64,000 nucleotides of DNA from Mobula hypostoma (Eukaryota). Of this stretch, positions 1 through 12,790 are shown in pieces. Every line of letters starts with the position of its first letter. Position 1 is the first letter of the stretch. The stretch is taken from assembly GCF_963921235.1 (NCBI RefSeq), contig NC_086108.1:38380001-38444000 (forward strand), in the 5' to 3' direction. Both the position numbers and the translations under genes were made by a program. The notes under the pieces were generated by a model. That model was not told the origin of the DNA, made no database searches, and saw only the letters and a list, made by a program, of their open reading frames with translations.

Positions 1-193
1 TACTCAACTTTTCATCTCAAATAAATGATATTAATTTCTAAGGCATAGACTAAAATCTTGAAATATGTTGATATTTCCCAGGAAGAAAAACGTGGCAGAA
101 AAGGAATAGTCAGTGCAAGGAAAGGGATTCAGTGAAAGGTTTTAGGCAAACACAGACAGATTGTGAAAGGCATCATACCATTGTCAGTCTTAC

Positions 194-199
194 CGTTTT
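194..199 (-). CDS. Candidate 6-nt microexon (AAAACG) of an unidentified minus-strand host gene
   Basis: Minus strand reads ccttctctccccattactgtttcttttcag|AAAACG|gtaagact: long polypyrimidine tract with CAG acceptor, then a consensus GTAAG donor 6 nt later; frame-preserving length. Confidence 0.55.
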
Positions 200-439
200 C
201 TGAAAAGAAACAGTAATGGGGAGAGAAGGATAAATATGCATATAAATAATCGCCAGAGATAATATTGACTACTGTTTACAACATTTGAATCAGAATTCTG
301 CAATGACACTATGTTAAATTAAACACTCACAAATTCAATACAAATGATTAGTAATCTGGAACTGATGAACTCGTAAATCAAAGTAATAACTGAATGGTCC
401 TATTTGACATTCTAATTAAATGCTAAGAATAAAAACAAT

Positions 440-705
440 GACAAGATGTGCAGCTGCTCATGTGAACAAATGTTGCCATTACTGGAAGTTCATCAGGTTG
501 GAGGTTACCCAGACGGAATACAAGGTGTTGCTCCTCCAACCTGAGTGTGGCCTCATTGCAACAGTAGAGGAGGCCATGGATAGACATGTCGGAATGGGAC
601 TGTGAAATGGAATTAAAATGGGTGGCCACTGGGTCATCCTGCTTTTATTCCAAAAACATCATCTGGCCTGCTGAGTTCCTCCAGCATTTCATGTGTGCTG
701 CCATA
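440..705 (-). mobile_element. Penelope-like element 3' fragment
   Basis: Reverse complement of the same sequence family as 23260-23450 (downstream of GIY-YIG), followed by the ctggcctgctgagttcctccagcat terminal motif. Confidence 0.6.
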
Positions 706-709
706 TGAA

Positions 710-1060
710 AGTTACAGACCATGATCTTAGGGTGTCCCTAAAATTTTACAGCCAAATAAGTGTTTTGGATACTTTATCACATTTGTAATGTAAGAATCAC
801 AGAGGCCAATTGGTATACAGCAAACTCCCACTAACAGCAGTGATAAGTTAATAACCAGATAATCTACTTAAATGATGTTAAGTAAGGGATAGATATTAGT
901 CTCATAACTGAATGTTCCCTATGCTCCTTGTGAAATAGTACTATGGGATCTTTTATCATCCATTTGACAAAATGGATGAAGCCCGGGTTTAATGGTTGAA
1001 CTGAAAGATAGTTCCTCCAGGAATGCACCAAATCTTCAGTACTGCACTGGTGTCAACATT
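710..1060 (-). mobile_element. Old Deu-domain SINE (SacSINE/AmnSINE-like) fragment
   Basis: Recognised motifs gaaatagtactatgggatctttt and cagtactgcactgg; related decayed copies at ~24400-24620 and ~45340-45720. Confidence 0.5.
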
Positions 1061-1650
1061 CATAGAGTCTACAGCACAAAAACAGGCCACTTGGGCCAAG
1101 TCATCTATACCACTCTGATATTCTGCCTACTGCCATCTACCTACAACCAGACCATATCCTTCCAAACCCCTCTCATCCATGTACCTATCCAAACTTCTTT
1201 TAAATGTTACAATGGAACCCTCATTCACCACCTCCATTGGCAGTTCCTTCCATGATCACACTGCTGTCTGAGTGACACTGTTTCCCCTCAGATTCCCCTT
1301 GAATATTTCACCTTTCACCCGAAACCCATGACCTCCAGTTCTAGTCTCACACCACCAGAGGCGAAAAGCCTGTTTGCATTCACCCTATCTATACTGCTCA
1401 AGATTCTACATACCTCTATAAAATTTCCCCTCATTCTCCTACACCCCAAGGAAAAAAGACCTAACCTATTCAACTTTTCACTATAATTCAGGTCATCAAG
1501 TTCTAGCAACATCTGTGTCAATTCTCCCTGTATTCTTTCAAGCTTATTAATGTCTTTCTTGTATGTAGGTGACCAGAAATGCACACAGTGTCACCAATGT
1601 CCTGTGCAATTTCAACAAAATATCCCAATTCCTGTACTCAATGCTCTGGG
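1060..1650 (-). mobile_element. CR1 LINE 3' fragment
   Basis: ORF 1315-1584 (FWSPTYKKDINKLERIQ...LNRLGLFSL..RRMRG) is the typical CR1 ORF2 C-terminus; CR1-type 3' UTR follows. Confidence 0.85.
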
Positions 1651-2455
1651 AAGATTCAGTGTGATGCCCAGTTAAGAAAAATACTATGGTGGCAGAAAAC
1701 TTACCCCCACCACCCCCACCCCTCAACATATTCCAAGGGATTTGGAAGCATAAATGAAAACAGAAATTACATTCTGCCATTTTCTATACACATGAGCAAA
1801 AAACATTGAGTGACAACAGGCACAAACACATAATTACCAGAGTACCAATCCTATCTGCATAAATTTTTGCCAGTTCTATTCTGTTCCCTAACAGGTTCCA
1901 AATTACAGTTAATTCAAATTGAAATGTTAATTTTACTTATCTTTCTGCAAATGCTGCTTAAACCTGATGCCCATTTTTGCCATTTGCCATTTTTTAATTC
2001 AGACTTCCAAATCTGCAATTTAAGATTTTCACAACACAAAATGTGTGCCTAGAAATTCAACTGCAAAATGTTTTTGCTTCAATATTATGCTATTACTTTA
2101 ATTTTCACTGAAACAACAGGCCAATGATCATTTTCAAGCTTTCTGTTGTGAGTACAAAAGGACAGCAGGTACTGTTGTGGACTCTGCTTCACAGAGATAT
2201 ACTGTAGCTCAGCTCAGCACTCTGGCCAGAGGCCTTCACCATACACTGCCTGAAATGGATGGTGGCATCAGATAAAGGCCGAGGTGGTGGCATTTGCTTC
2301 ATGATTATCTCATGCCCAGATGTGACGATTTTGTCTCAGTCCTGCTCCCCTGACTTGGAACATCAGGCGGTCAAGTGTCATCCATTCTATCTGCTGTCAG
2401 TCGTGGTTGTAGTGTACATTCTACCTGTTTAAGGATCAAGCTGGCACTGGATGAC

Positions 2456-5400
2456 AATAAGACCGCAAGATATAGGAGCAGAATTAGGCCATTTGGCCCA
2501 TCAAGTCTGCTCCACTATTTCATCTTGAGTGATTCAATTTTCCTCCTAGACTCAATTTCCTGCCTTCTGCCTAAAATCCCTTCATGCCCTGAACAATCAG
2601 GAATCTATCAACCTTTGCCTTAAATATGAAGACTTGGCCTCCACAGCTGCCCGTGGTAAAGCATTCCACAGCTTCACTACTCTCTGGCTAAAGAAATTCC
2701 TCTTTATCTCCATTCTAAACGTCACTCCTCTGTTATGAGGCTGTGTCCTCTGGTCATCTATCAAGGCCTTTCGCTATTCAATAGGTTTCAATGAGGGCAC
2801 ACCCCATTCTTCTGAATTCTAATGAATACAGGCCCAAAGCCATCAACCCTTTGTATTTTCTCTCCATTAAGAAAATAGTCAACCCTTTCACTTCTTCAAC
2901 CAAAGTGCATGACCACACACTTCCTGACACTGTATTCCATCTGCCATTTCTTTGTCCATCCTCCTAATCTAAGTCCTTCTGCAGCCTCTCTACCTACACG
3001 AAACTACCTGCCCCTCCACCTACCTTCATATCGCCTGTAAACTTTGCAACAAAGCCATCAATTCCATCATCCAAATCATTGATGTATAATGTAAAATGAA
3101 TCCCAACATAGACCCCTGAGGATCACAACTAGTCACTGGCAGCCAACCAGGAAAGGCTCCATTTATTCCCATTCTTTGCCTCCTGCCCGTCTATCCAGGA
3201 TAGAATCCTTGATGTAATATCATGGGCTCATAGCTTGTTAAGCAGCCTCATGTGTGGCACCTTGTCAAAGTCTTTCTGTAAATACAAGTACACAACATCA
3301 ACCGATTCTCCTTTGTCTATTCTGCTTGTTATTTCTTCAAAGGATTCCAAAAGACTTGTCAGGTAAGATATTCCCTCAAGGATTGATTTGCCCATGCTGA
3401 CTACAGCCAATTTTATCATGTGCCTCCAAGTACCCCAAGGACTCTTCCTTAATAATAGACTCCAATATCTTCCCAACCATTGAGGTCAGGCTAACTGGTC
3501 CATAGTTTCCTTTTTTCTGCTTTTCTCCCTTCTTGAAGAGTGCAGTGACATTTTCAATTTTCCAGTCTTCCAGAACCATTCCATCAAGTGATTCTTGAAA
3601 GATCATTACTAATGTGCCCATGATCTTTTCAGTCACCTCTATCAGAACCCTGGGATGTACATCATTTGGTCCAAATGACTTATCTACCTTCAGACCTTTC
3701 AGTTTCCCAAGAACCCTCTCTCTAGTAATGGCCACTTCATGATCCCTGACACATGAAACTTACAGCATCCTGCTAGTGTCTTCTACAGTGAATACTGAAG
3801 CAAAATACTTATTCAGTTCGCTGCCATTTCCTTTTCCCCCATTACTACCGCTCTAGGATCATTTTCCAGCAGTCCATTATCCACTCTCACTTCTCTTTTA
3901 CACGTTATGTATCTGAAGAAACTTTTTGGCATGCTTTTTAAGGTTACTGGCTAGCTTACTTTCATGTTCCGTCTTTACCTTTTTAATGACTTTTTCGTTG
4001 CCTTCTGTTGGTTTTCAAACACTTCCCAATCCTCTAACTTCCCACTCATTTTACCTCTTTAATACGCCATCCCTTTGGCTTTTATGTTGCTCTTGACCTT
4101 TCTTGTCAGCCATGATTGCGTCATCTTGCCTTTAGAAAACTTCTTTCTCTTTGGGTTGTATATATCCTGTGCCTTCCAAGTTGCTTCCAGAAATTCCAGC
4201 CATTGCTGTTCTGCAGTCATCCCTGCTCATTGCTGTTCTTTTCCATTCAATTCTGGCCAACTCCTCTCTCACGCCTCTGTGATTCCCTTTACTCCAACAT
4301 CTGACTTTAGCTTCTCTTTCTCAAATTTCAAGGTGAATTCGATCATATGATCACTTTCCCTAAAGGTTCGTTTACCTTAAGCTCTCCAACCGATTCTGGT
4401 TCACTGCACAACACCCAGTCCAGAATAGGTGATCCCCTACTGTGCTCAACTACGAGCTGCTCTGAAAAGCTATCTCATAGGCACTCTAGATCCTCCTCCT
4501 CCTGAACTCTAGCAACAACCTGATTTTCCCAATCTACCTGTATAATAGAAGTCCCCCATGACTATTGTAACGTTACTCTTTTGCATGCATTTTCTATCTC
4601 CCATTGTAATTTGTAGGCTACATCCTTACCATTGTTTGGGGTCTGTATACAACTCCCATCAGGGTCTTTTTACCCTTGCAGTTCCATAGCTCTATCCACA
4701 ATGATTCAACACTTTTCAACCCTCTGTCAGATCCTTCCGGTGATTTGATTTCATTTTTTACCAAAAGAGCAACGCCGCCTCCCCTGCCTTCCTGCCTGTC
4801 CTTTCGATACAATGCATTAATCTACTTTCAGACATGATTCAGTGATACCTACAACATCATACAAGCTGATCTGCAACTGTGCTACAACCTCATCTGCCTT
4901 ATCCCATATATATACTGCACACATTCAAATACTGTATAAGATCTTCAGTCCTGTATTCACCCTTTCTTGATTTTGTCTGTCTTTTAGGTTGCAACTCATC
5001 CTGTTGACTGCAATTTTGCCATATCAACAACCTCTCCTCACTACACATTGTCTCTGCTTGTAAACCAGCTACCTCAGCTTCAACATTATCATCCACCTTC
5101 CGTATGATATTTCTTGCATTGAAATATACACAGCCCAAAACATTGGTCGCACCATGCTCAACCGTTTGATTCCTAACTTTGTCTGAGGTCTTACCAACAT
5201 CTGCCTCCACAATTCTTTCACTAACTGTTCTGGCATTCTGGTTCCCAACCCCCTGCAACTCTAGTTTAAACCCCACCGTGCAACATTAACATTATTCCTT
5301 GTTACGATATTAGTCCCCCTCCAGTTCAGGTGCAAATCCTTCCTTCTGTACAGGTCCCTAGAAGAAAGCCCAATGATCCAAAAATCTTAAGCGTTCCCTC

Positions 5401-6300
5401 CCACACTAACTCCTTAGCCACATATTAAACTGTATAATCTTCCTAGTTCTGGCCTCCCTAGCACATGGCATGGCTAGCAATCCTGAGATTACAACCCTGG
5501 AGGTCCTGCCCTTTAACTTAGCACCTAACTCCCCATGCAGAACCTTGTCACTTGTCGTACCCACATCATTGATACCTAGTTGGACCACAACTTCTGGGTG
5601 TACACCCTCCAATTTAAGAATACTGAGGACTGCATCAAAGCTATCCCAGATCCTAGCACCCGGGGAGGCAACATGCCATTCGGGACTCTTGACCTTGCTT
5701 ATAGATCCTCCTGTCTGTTCCCCTAACTAACAAATCCTCTATCACCATAACGTGCCTCTTCTCCCTTCTGAGTCACTGAGGCAGGCTCAGTACCAGAGAC
5801 CCGACCACTGTGATTTTCCTCTGGTAGGACATCACCCTCAGACAGTATCCAAAGTATATACCTGTTGTCGAGGGGAATGTGCACAGGGATACTCTGCACT
5901 GGTTCCTTAACCACTTTCCCCTTTCTGACTGTCACCCAGTTTTCTGTGCCCTGGGTATAACTACTTCTCTATATGCCTCATCTATCACCCCCTCAGCCAC
6001 CTGGATGATCAAGAGTTCATCCAGTTCCAGCTCCAACTCCTTAACACAGGTTGTTAGAAGCTGCAGCTGGATGCATTTTTTGCAATTGAAGTCATCTGGG
6101 ACACTGAAAGTCCCCCTGCCTTCCAACATTCGACAACAAGAGCATTCAACTAACTTGCCTGGCATATCTACTATCCCAACTGAGTAGATATAAAGAAGGG
6201 AAGGGGAGGGGGTAGAGAAAACATCCTAGAGTTTTTCTTTGCTTTCTTTGGACGAAGTCTCTCTTTGCTGAAGCCTTGAAGAGCTGAAGACTCAAGATCA
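2456..6300 (-). mobile_element. Near full-length decayed CR1 LINE (ORF1 zinc finger/leucine zipper + SGNH esterase; ORF2 APE + RT)
   Basis: ORF1 pieces VECSCCRM..FNCKKCIQLQLL..VKELELELDEL and VVVQLGINDV..VVISGLL; APE pieces YRKDR..GRGGGVALLVK and GVVYRP; RT pieces GNYGPVSLTS..GKILE and VDVVYLYLQKDFDKVPH; multiple stops, frameshifts and deletions. Confidence 0.9.
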
Positions 6301-7520
6301 CCATTCAGAGAATGGCCACAGCAATGATGGTCACTGTGCACTGTGATCAGCATCACATAACAGCTCATCCTGATGGCTTCTCGATTATTGCAGGGGTCAT
6401 CAACCAGGCTAGCTCTGACAAACTACCAACACAGAGCCAGAGGAACCAAGTTCCATAGCTTTACTAATTTAATCATCGTAATATGGTTCTAATTTGCAAT
6501 AATTTTAAAAAATTAATTGTAATTCATGCAATTTTATCGTTCACCTTGATCTCGTGTACATGCTCAAACTTTGGTCATCTCTGAAATGATTAAGAGGTGA
6601 ATTATAATCTACTTAAATTAGAACCTTTCAGACTGAATCACATTTCCGCCACTTGAAGAGACCATCATTATTGGATAGCAGTGATCGCCCTTCAGAAGCA
6701 CCAGATTTTAAAATAGAAGACATTAAAGATCTTGAGTTTTTCCTGAAACCAGTAACAATTACCTCAAAGAATTACCTCAATCCTCAAAGACGATTAATGT
6801 TACCATTTTTCTTGTTACATTCTACATTCATAAAACTCAACAAAAGTCTGGTAATTTTGAGTTTGTGAATACATGATATTAATTTATTGATTCAAAGAAC
6901 AATGCAGAGAATAAGGATCTTTAGTGGGAAGCTTTCATGAATGGAATACAGAATAGGACATGCAATAATCCTTAAGGACTGCTTCATTTGTTTTCTATAT
7001 TATGTCCCATCACTTTTGTAAAGCTGGTCTCAAACTGAGTTAATAGATCATTAAATATAATTATTAAACATGATATACAGTACAAATTCAGTAAGTCATT
7101 TAGCAATCTATTCAAATGGGCATCTGTTCATCCAAGAAAACATTTAAAAATCAAACAATGTTAAATATAATTAACATGTTTAGTGGCTAAACAATATATG
7201 AGTAATATACATTTGACATAAAACGATGCAATACTGCCCAGAAAGGAAGACCTTATAATTAATGGGGCTTGCATTCAACAGTTCAGTCAAAGCCCCTTCC
7301 AAAACTGCAGCAACTTGCAATTACTTAACTGAAAAAATCACCCTTGGTTAAATGCAGAATTTCTTAAGCGATTTAGCAATCACAATCTTCTACAACAGGG
7401 GAAAGACAAATTCTAACTGCAGCAAACAGTTCTCTGTCTGCTTCAAGATAACCAGTCTCAGCTGCTGGATTAACATTAATGTCTGTCACATTAAGGAACA
7501 ATTTTTTTAAACATTTTAAT

Positions 7521-7586
7521 TCACATGCCAGGAATGATGCTGACTTTCTGGTCCGTATCCCAGTCCTTGTCACCAACACAGGGAAG
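7521..7586 (-). CDS. Candidate alternative terminal coding exon (phase 0: LPCVGDKDWDTDQKVSIIPGM*)
   Basis: Acceptor ccatttcttttccatcttgccag, then 21 codons and TGA; unique AT-rich UTR-like sequence follows, with AATAAA (minus) at ~6883-6888. Protein not recognised. Confidence 0.35.
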   Translation of the reverse strand, partial: LPCVGDKDWDTDQKVSIIPGM

Positions 7587-8281
7587 CTGGCAAGATGGAA
7601 AAGAAATGGAAGTAGAAAGAATGTATGTGTTTCATATAATTTGAAGTACACAAAGCATCTGAAGGAAGCATCATAGCTGAAATTACAGCTTTTGTCTTGA
7701 GCATTATTCATACAAACAGACTCCTGTTGCTAGTGTAATCATTTATGCAATTGCCATTTCACTGAAAGGGGCAATCAAGATCCACATGTTATGAGATAAG
7801 GAAACCTCCTTCAAATAATATACAGCCTTTATTACCCACTGGTCATTACTAAATCCTTAAGTCATTACTTAAATGTCATCTCAATGCATGGTAACCTTCA
7901 ACAGCAAACAAATAGTGCAGAACCTTTTTCTCTCAAAAGAGATTGGGTTAAACTCTCTTTACTAATGCCTAATGAGTCCCATGTTTCCATCAGCATATTC
8001 AATTTACAAGTGCTCACTTTGCTTAATTTGCTCTGGCTGCATCTAGGCATGCCAATTTCTATTGACAAAGTCGATATGACACCTAAGCCTATACTTTCCA
8101 CAAACTACGGACTCTCCAACAGTTAGCCACAAGACAAAGGTTTTGAGCATGTCCAAATGGCATCTTTCTTTCTCAGTGTCTCCATAAATGTACATTTTTT
8201 GTTACTTCCCTGGCATTTTTCTTGATTAACAGTTGATTCAATTTCAAGCATACAAATAATTCTGCTTTACAGATACATAAC

Positions 8282-11200
8282 TGTTATGCTTTGCAACTCC
8301 AAAGCATAAAACAAATCTAAAGAGAAACATGAGGAGAATGGGCTAAACGTGTACTTTTTTATCATGCCATTTTTACCTTTAGCAAGGCACACATGATTTG
8401 ATGTAGTAATGTCATGATGCATGTCATTCACATGTTTTTACATACAAACTGAAATGCATTATGTAAAAATGTTTAATCGAACAAAATATTTACAATATTA
8501 CTCAAATATTACTGGAATATTAAATATACAGCACTTCTCTCTGCTTAGCTATAAACTCCAACTCAATATGGAATGCGTCACAACAACATGCAATGCCTTG
8601 AAAGTATTCAGCCCCCATACTTTTGTTCACATAAATGATTTTTTATTTGTGAATCACATGTTTCTTTTTTTTCACAGTAGAGCCTAAAAACAGGGAAAAA
8701 TGTAAAGCATGATAAATAAAAAATTCAAAAACTGAAATGTCAGCAGTTGGAAAGCATTCATCACTCTTTGCTCAGTGCTCAGCTGTCTCTATTAGCTTTG
8801 CACAATGCATAGTGTTGAGGCCAAAAATTTCTATTTTAGTCTCATCTGACCACAGGACCACCTTCCACATCTTTACAACATCTTCTACATGATGATTTGC
8901 CTAGTCTTTATGAGCAAGGATATGCGTTTTTTTATAAAGCCGTATACGTGGCACAATTCTAATACAGACAACTAACACCATCCCAAATGTAAAGTACGGT
9001 GGAAGGAGCACCATGCTCCGGAGATGCTTTGCATTTTGACCATGCCTAGATGACTGGCATGTAGGTCCTCCAACATTTTAGCTCTCAGCTTGGATGGCAC
9101 AACAACTCTCAATCTCCACGAGACGAATCCCGGCAAGGGCAAGTTCATCCAGGCAGTGGTAAAATGTGGGAACTGAAGTTTCTGCTGCACATTCCAGCCA
9201 TTTTGGATGGCTATGTAGACCTGAGACAGTGTTTTGGTCTTTTCTAGTTTCCCTTTGGATCACCTCTACTGTAAAAGGAAGACTTTCAATCTGCATTAGG
9301 GAGAATATGTCAAGAGGAGTGTCCTTTTTTGGAAGTTTTTCAGGTATTTCCTTTTCCAAGTGTAAACAGGACAATCCATCAGCATTTCCATGACTAATCA
9401 TCTTCCTGAATTCGACCTTGCAAGTGCTTCCTCCTAGAAAGAGAGTCCATCTCTGCATTCGTGCAGCTGCTTTTAGTGGAACAACCTTCTGTGGACTGAA
9501 AATGGACATTAGTGGTTGATGATCAGTAATGAGGGTAAACCTCATTACCCTCATTAATGATGAGGGTAATTAATGAGGGTAAACTCTCTCCCACACAGGT
9601 ATTGGGTGAATTGTTTTACATCCAAACCGGACTCGTCCTCTTTGTCAGTCTGTGCATAATTTTTCTCTGCAGTGGTAAGGGAACGTGATACAAAGACTAC
9701 AGGGTGTTCAATTCCATCGTTCATAACATGTAACATGACTGCACCTATACCATGAGTGAGGTGACAACAGGCAAGCTTCACTGGACGATGTGGATCATAA
9801 TGTGCGAGTACAGTGTACGACATGACCATTTCTTTTACCTTTTTGAAAGCTGCCTCACACTCTTTTCTTCCCGATGCATAGTCATAAGTTCAAGGGGTGG
9901 AGCACAGTAGCCACGTTTGGCAGGAACCAATCATAAAAATTGAAAAATCCTAAAAAGGACTGCAACTTTTGCCATGTCCTTTGGCCTTGGGGTACCCACC
10001 ACTGCTTGAATTTTCAAAGCACACTTGTACAGTTCTGATGCATCAGTGGCGTGGCCACGGTAAGTGATGCTTGGCTTAAAGAATTCACACCTGCTGCATA
10101 ATGCTCCAAGACCACAATCTTCTATTATTTTTAACACTGTCTTGAGAGTTTGAAGATGTTTCTCATCATCCTTACCAGTAACAATGATGTCATCCAGGTA
10201 ACACTGAGTGTCTGGGCAGACTTGCAGCACCTAATCCATGGCTTTCTGCCAGGTTTGCTACTCCAAAAATAAGCCTATTATAATGCTAAAGCTCTGTGTG
10301 AGACTTCATGATGAGAAACACTGGAATCTTCTTCCATCTCCATCTTACCAAAGGCCTCAAGTAAGACCATATTGCAGAATTGTTTTCCTCCAGAAAATTT
10401 GCAAAACTATCCCCTATCCTCCGCAGAGGGGATTGATCCACTTTCTGTACTGGGTTGATGGCGACGTTAAAATCACTACAGATACTGACAGAAGCATTCT
10501 TCTTGGCTACTGGGAGCACTGGTGTTGCCTATGGCTCCACTCAAGTTTGGAAAGAATTCCTTCAGCCTCCATGTGATCAAGTTCACTGGCTAGCTTACCA
10601 TGGATAACATACAGAACCAGATGGGCTTTTCAAAACTTGGGTGTGGCATTGTCATTCAACACTATTTTACCCTTGATACGTTTGAGTTTTCCAATGCCAT
10701 CCTTGAACACTGCTGTGGCATCATCCAACACCTTTCTTAATTTGCTTTCAGTTGACTCTATTACAGGGAATGTGGTGGATGGATCTCCAATTAAGTTGCA
10801 GTTGTCTCAGGCACTCGTGACCCCACAAAGCTGTCCCTCCAGTTTTTACCACATACACACTCAATGTGGCTTGTTGCTTGCTGTATTTCACTGTCATGAA
10901 TGCCATCACCACAGGAGTTATCTTTTCTCCAGTGTAAGTTCTTAGTTGGATATCTGATGCCTTCGGTTCAGTACCTTAGAAATGTGACTCAAAATCATTT
11001 TATGGAATGGCTGAAACAGTCGAGCCGGTGTCAATTTCCTTTTTAATTAATTTACTGTTCACTTTGATGTAAGCTATATTGTTCCTCTCCTGTTATTTTC
11101 TGCATTGTACATCTCAAGGCTATCATTATCAGATTTTTTAACAACAACGTGTAGACTAGTGTTCTTTTTGAAACTGCAACTTGATCTTTTATCTTTATCT

Positions 11201-12182
11201 CTTCCCAGTGCAGTCCATTTATTTTTATCTGCCCAACATGCTTTTTGTAAGTGTCCTACTTTGTTGCACTCCCAGCAAGTTACACCTTTAAACCTGTATT
11301 GGTGTGGTGTACGTGTGACCCTACCACAACAGTAACAATTTGTTAGGCCAGGCCAATTTCTACTTAAACATTGCAATTTTGTTCACACTCACTTTTATTC
11401 CTGACTGCATCTCACTTGCATCTCTGGCAGTTGCTTCCATTAATACAGTAATTTCAACTGCTCTTTGAAATGCAAGTCATGCTTCAATTAGGAGCTGTTT
11501 TTGAATGCTTTCTTCTAATATTTCACAAACTAACTGATCTGTCAGTGCATCATTAAGCCCATCATTGAACTGGCAATGCTCAGACAACCTCGTCAATTCA
11601 GTCACGAGTCCTTTTGATTCCACTTATGAAACCTAAAGCATTTTGCAATCAACAATGGTTTCAGTTCCAAATGTTTCTGCATTACTTTCACGATATTAGC
11701 AAACCTCATTTTGGCCTGTTTAGTTGGAGCATTAAACTTCTAAGCAAACTTTTTGCTTTTAAATTCAATGCGCTCAGCAAAACTGGCATGAGCTGTTCAT
11801 TGGCCACCTCATTTGCTTCAAAATACAGCTCAGTTCACTCAGTAAACAATACCCAGTTATCTCTAGTATAATTGTTTTTTTAAAAATCTCAAACGTCCTG
11901 CTGCACTTCAACAGGTACGTAGTCATGTTGGGTTCAGTTTAAAGCTTACTCATCACTACCTATGTTTTGTAACTCCAAAACATAAAACCAATAAAAAGAA
12001 AAACACAAGGAGACCGGGACAAGTGTTTGTTCTCTGTTTTTACCTTTTACTATATGACGTGGTATCATCATGATGTTTGCTATTCATGGACTTTTACATC
12101 TAACCCACAATGCATTATGCAAACAAAGTATGCTTAATCAACAATATATTTACAATATTACTGAAATATTAAATGCACAACA
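8282..12182 (-). mobile_element. Decayed Gypsy LTR retrotransposon with both LTRs (3' LTR ~8282-8533; 5' LTR ~11960-12182)
   Basis: Two similar ~230-250 bp repeats (tatg(c/t)tttg(c/t)aactccaaa..ataaaac...tttacaatattact..aatattaaat..aca.ca); purine tract next to the 3' LTR; gag zinc knuckles (CYCCG, CWECNKVGHLQKAC); RT CYLDDIIV; RNase H (LAHYDP..VKLAC, FTLITDHQPL); integrase N-terminus (LHASHLGMVKM). Confidence 0.85.
8590..8935 (-). mobile_element. Tc1 DNA transposon remnant nested in the Gypsy element
   Basis: TIR-like caatgccttgaaagtattcagcccc at ~8591; minus strand 8820-8865 encodes KVVLWSDETKIEIFG, the motif carrying the first catalytic D of Tc1 DD34E transposases. Confidence 0.75.
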
Positions 12183-12479
12183 TTATCAATTGAATTACAA
12201 TTCATAATCACTGGCTCCTGAAGACTCAGTACTAGGCAAATAATAATTGTGTTTATTAAAATCTGTCAATAACTGTTGGACTATATTAAGTTTCAATGTG
12301 GCCCACAGTTCCATTGAGAACTGCCGAACCTCTATCCTGAGCGCAGTTCCTCTTCAGCTTTCATTCTAGCAAGCTGCAGTATGGAAGTCACAAATGATTC
12401 AAAGGATAGATGTCAACAGACTGATCTTCTCCGCTGCTGAATTCAGCACTGACCCCAAGTGTTGCTTCACCTAGATGTT

Positions 12480-12790
12480 ATGTGGATTGGAGTGCATTAG
12501 CTAAAAGGAGTGGTTGTTTAAACTTGGTTTGTGTTCTCTGGTACAGTGGACATGGAGAGGAAATGTAAAATTATGGGGGGCATACAAAGAGTGAGAATTC
12601 TTTCCCCACAGGGTAGAAATGACAAAAACTTCAGGGCATAGCTTTACGGTGAAGTCAGTAGAGTGTGGAGTTTTAAGGAGATTAAAGGAGGCAAGTTTTA
12701 TTTAACACATGCCTCGAGAGTACTGCCAGGAGTAGTGGTGGAAACATTTACAACAACATTTAAGAGACATTTAGACTGGCATATGAACAG
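12480..12790 (+). mobile_element. Old CR1 3' fragment
   Basis: TTFKRHLDWHMNR and gggcatagcttt motifs of the CR1 ORF2 end. Confidence 0.6.

Noticed and set aside
194..199. Microexon as CACNA1B exon 31a (ET)
   Set aside because: Sequence is AAAACG, and no calcium-channel exons are visible in the 64 kb upstream.
6631..6868. Plus-strand ORF (KRPSLLDSSDRPSEAPDFKIEDIKDLEFF) as an exon
   Set aside because: Weak splice sites, no recognisable homology, opposite strand to the other candidates.
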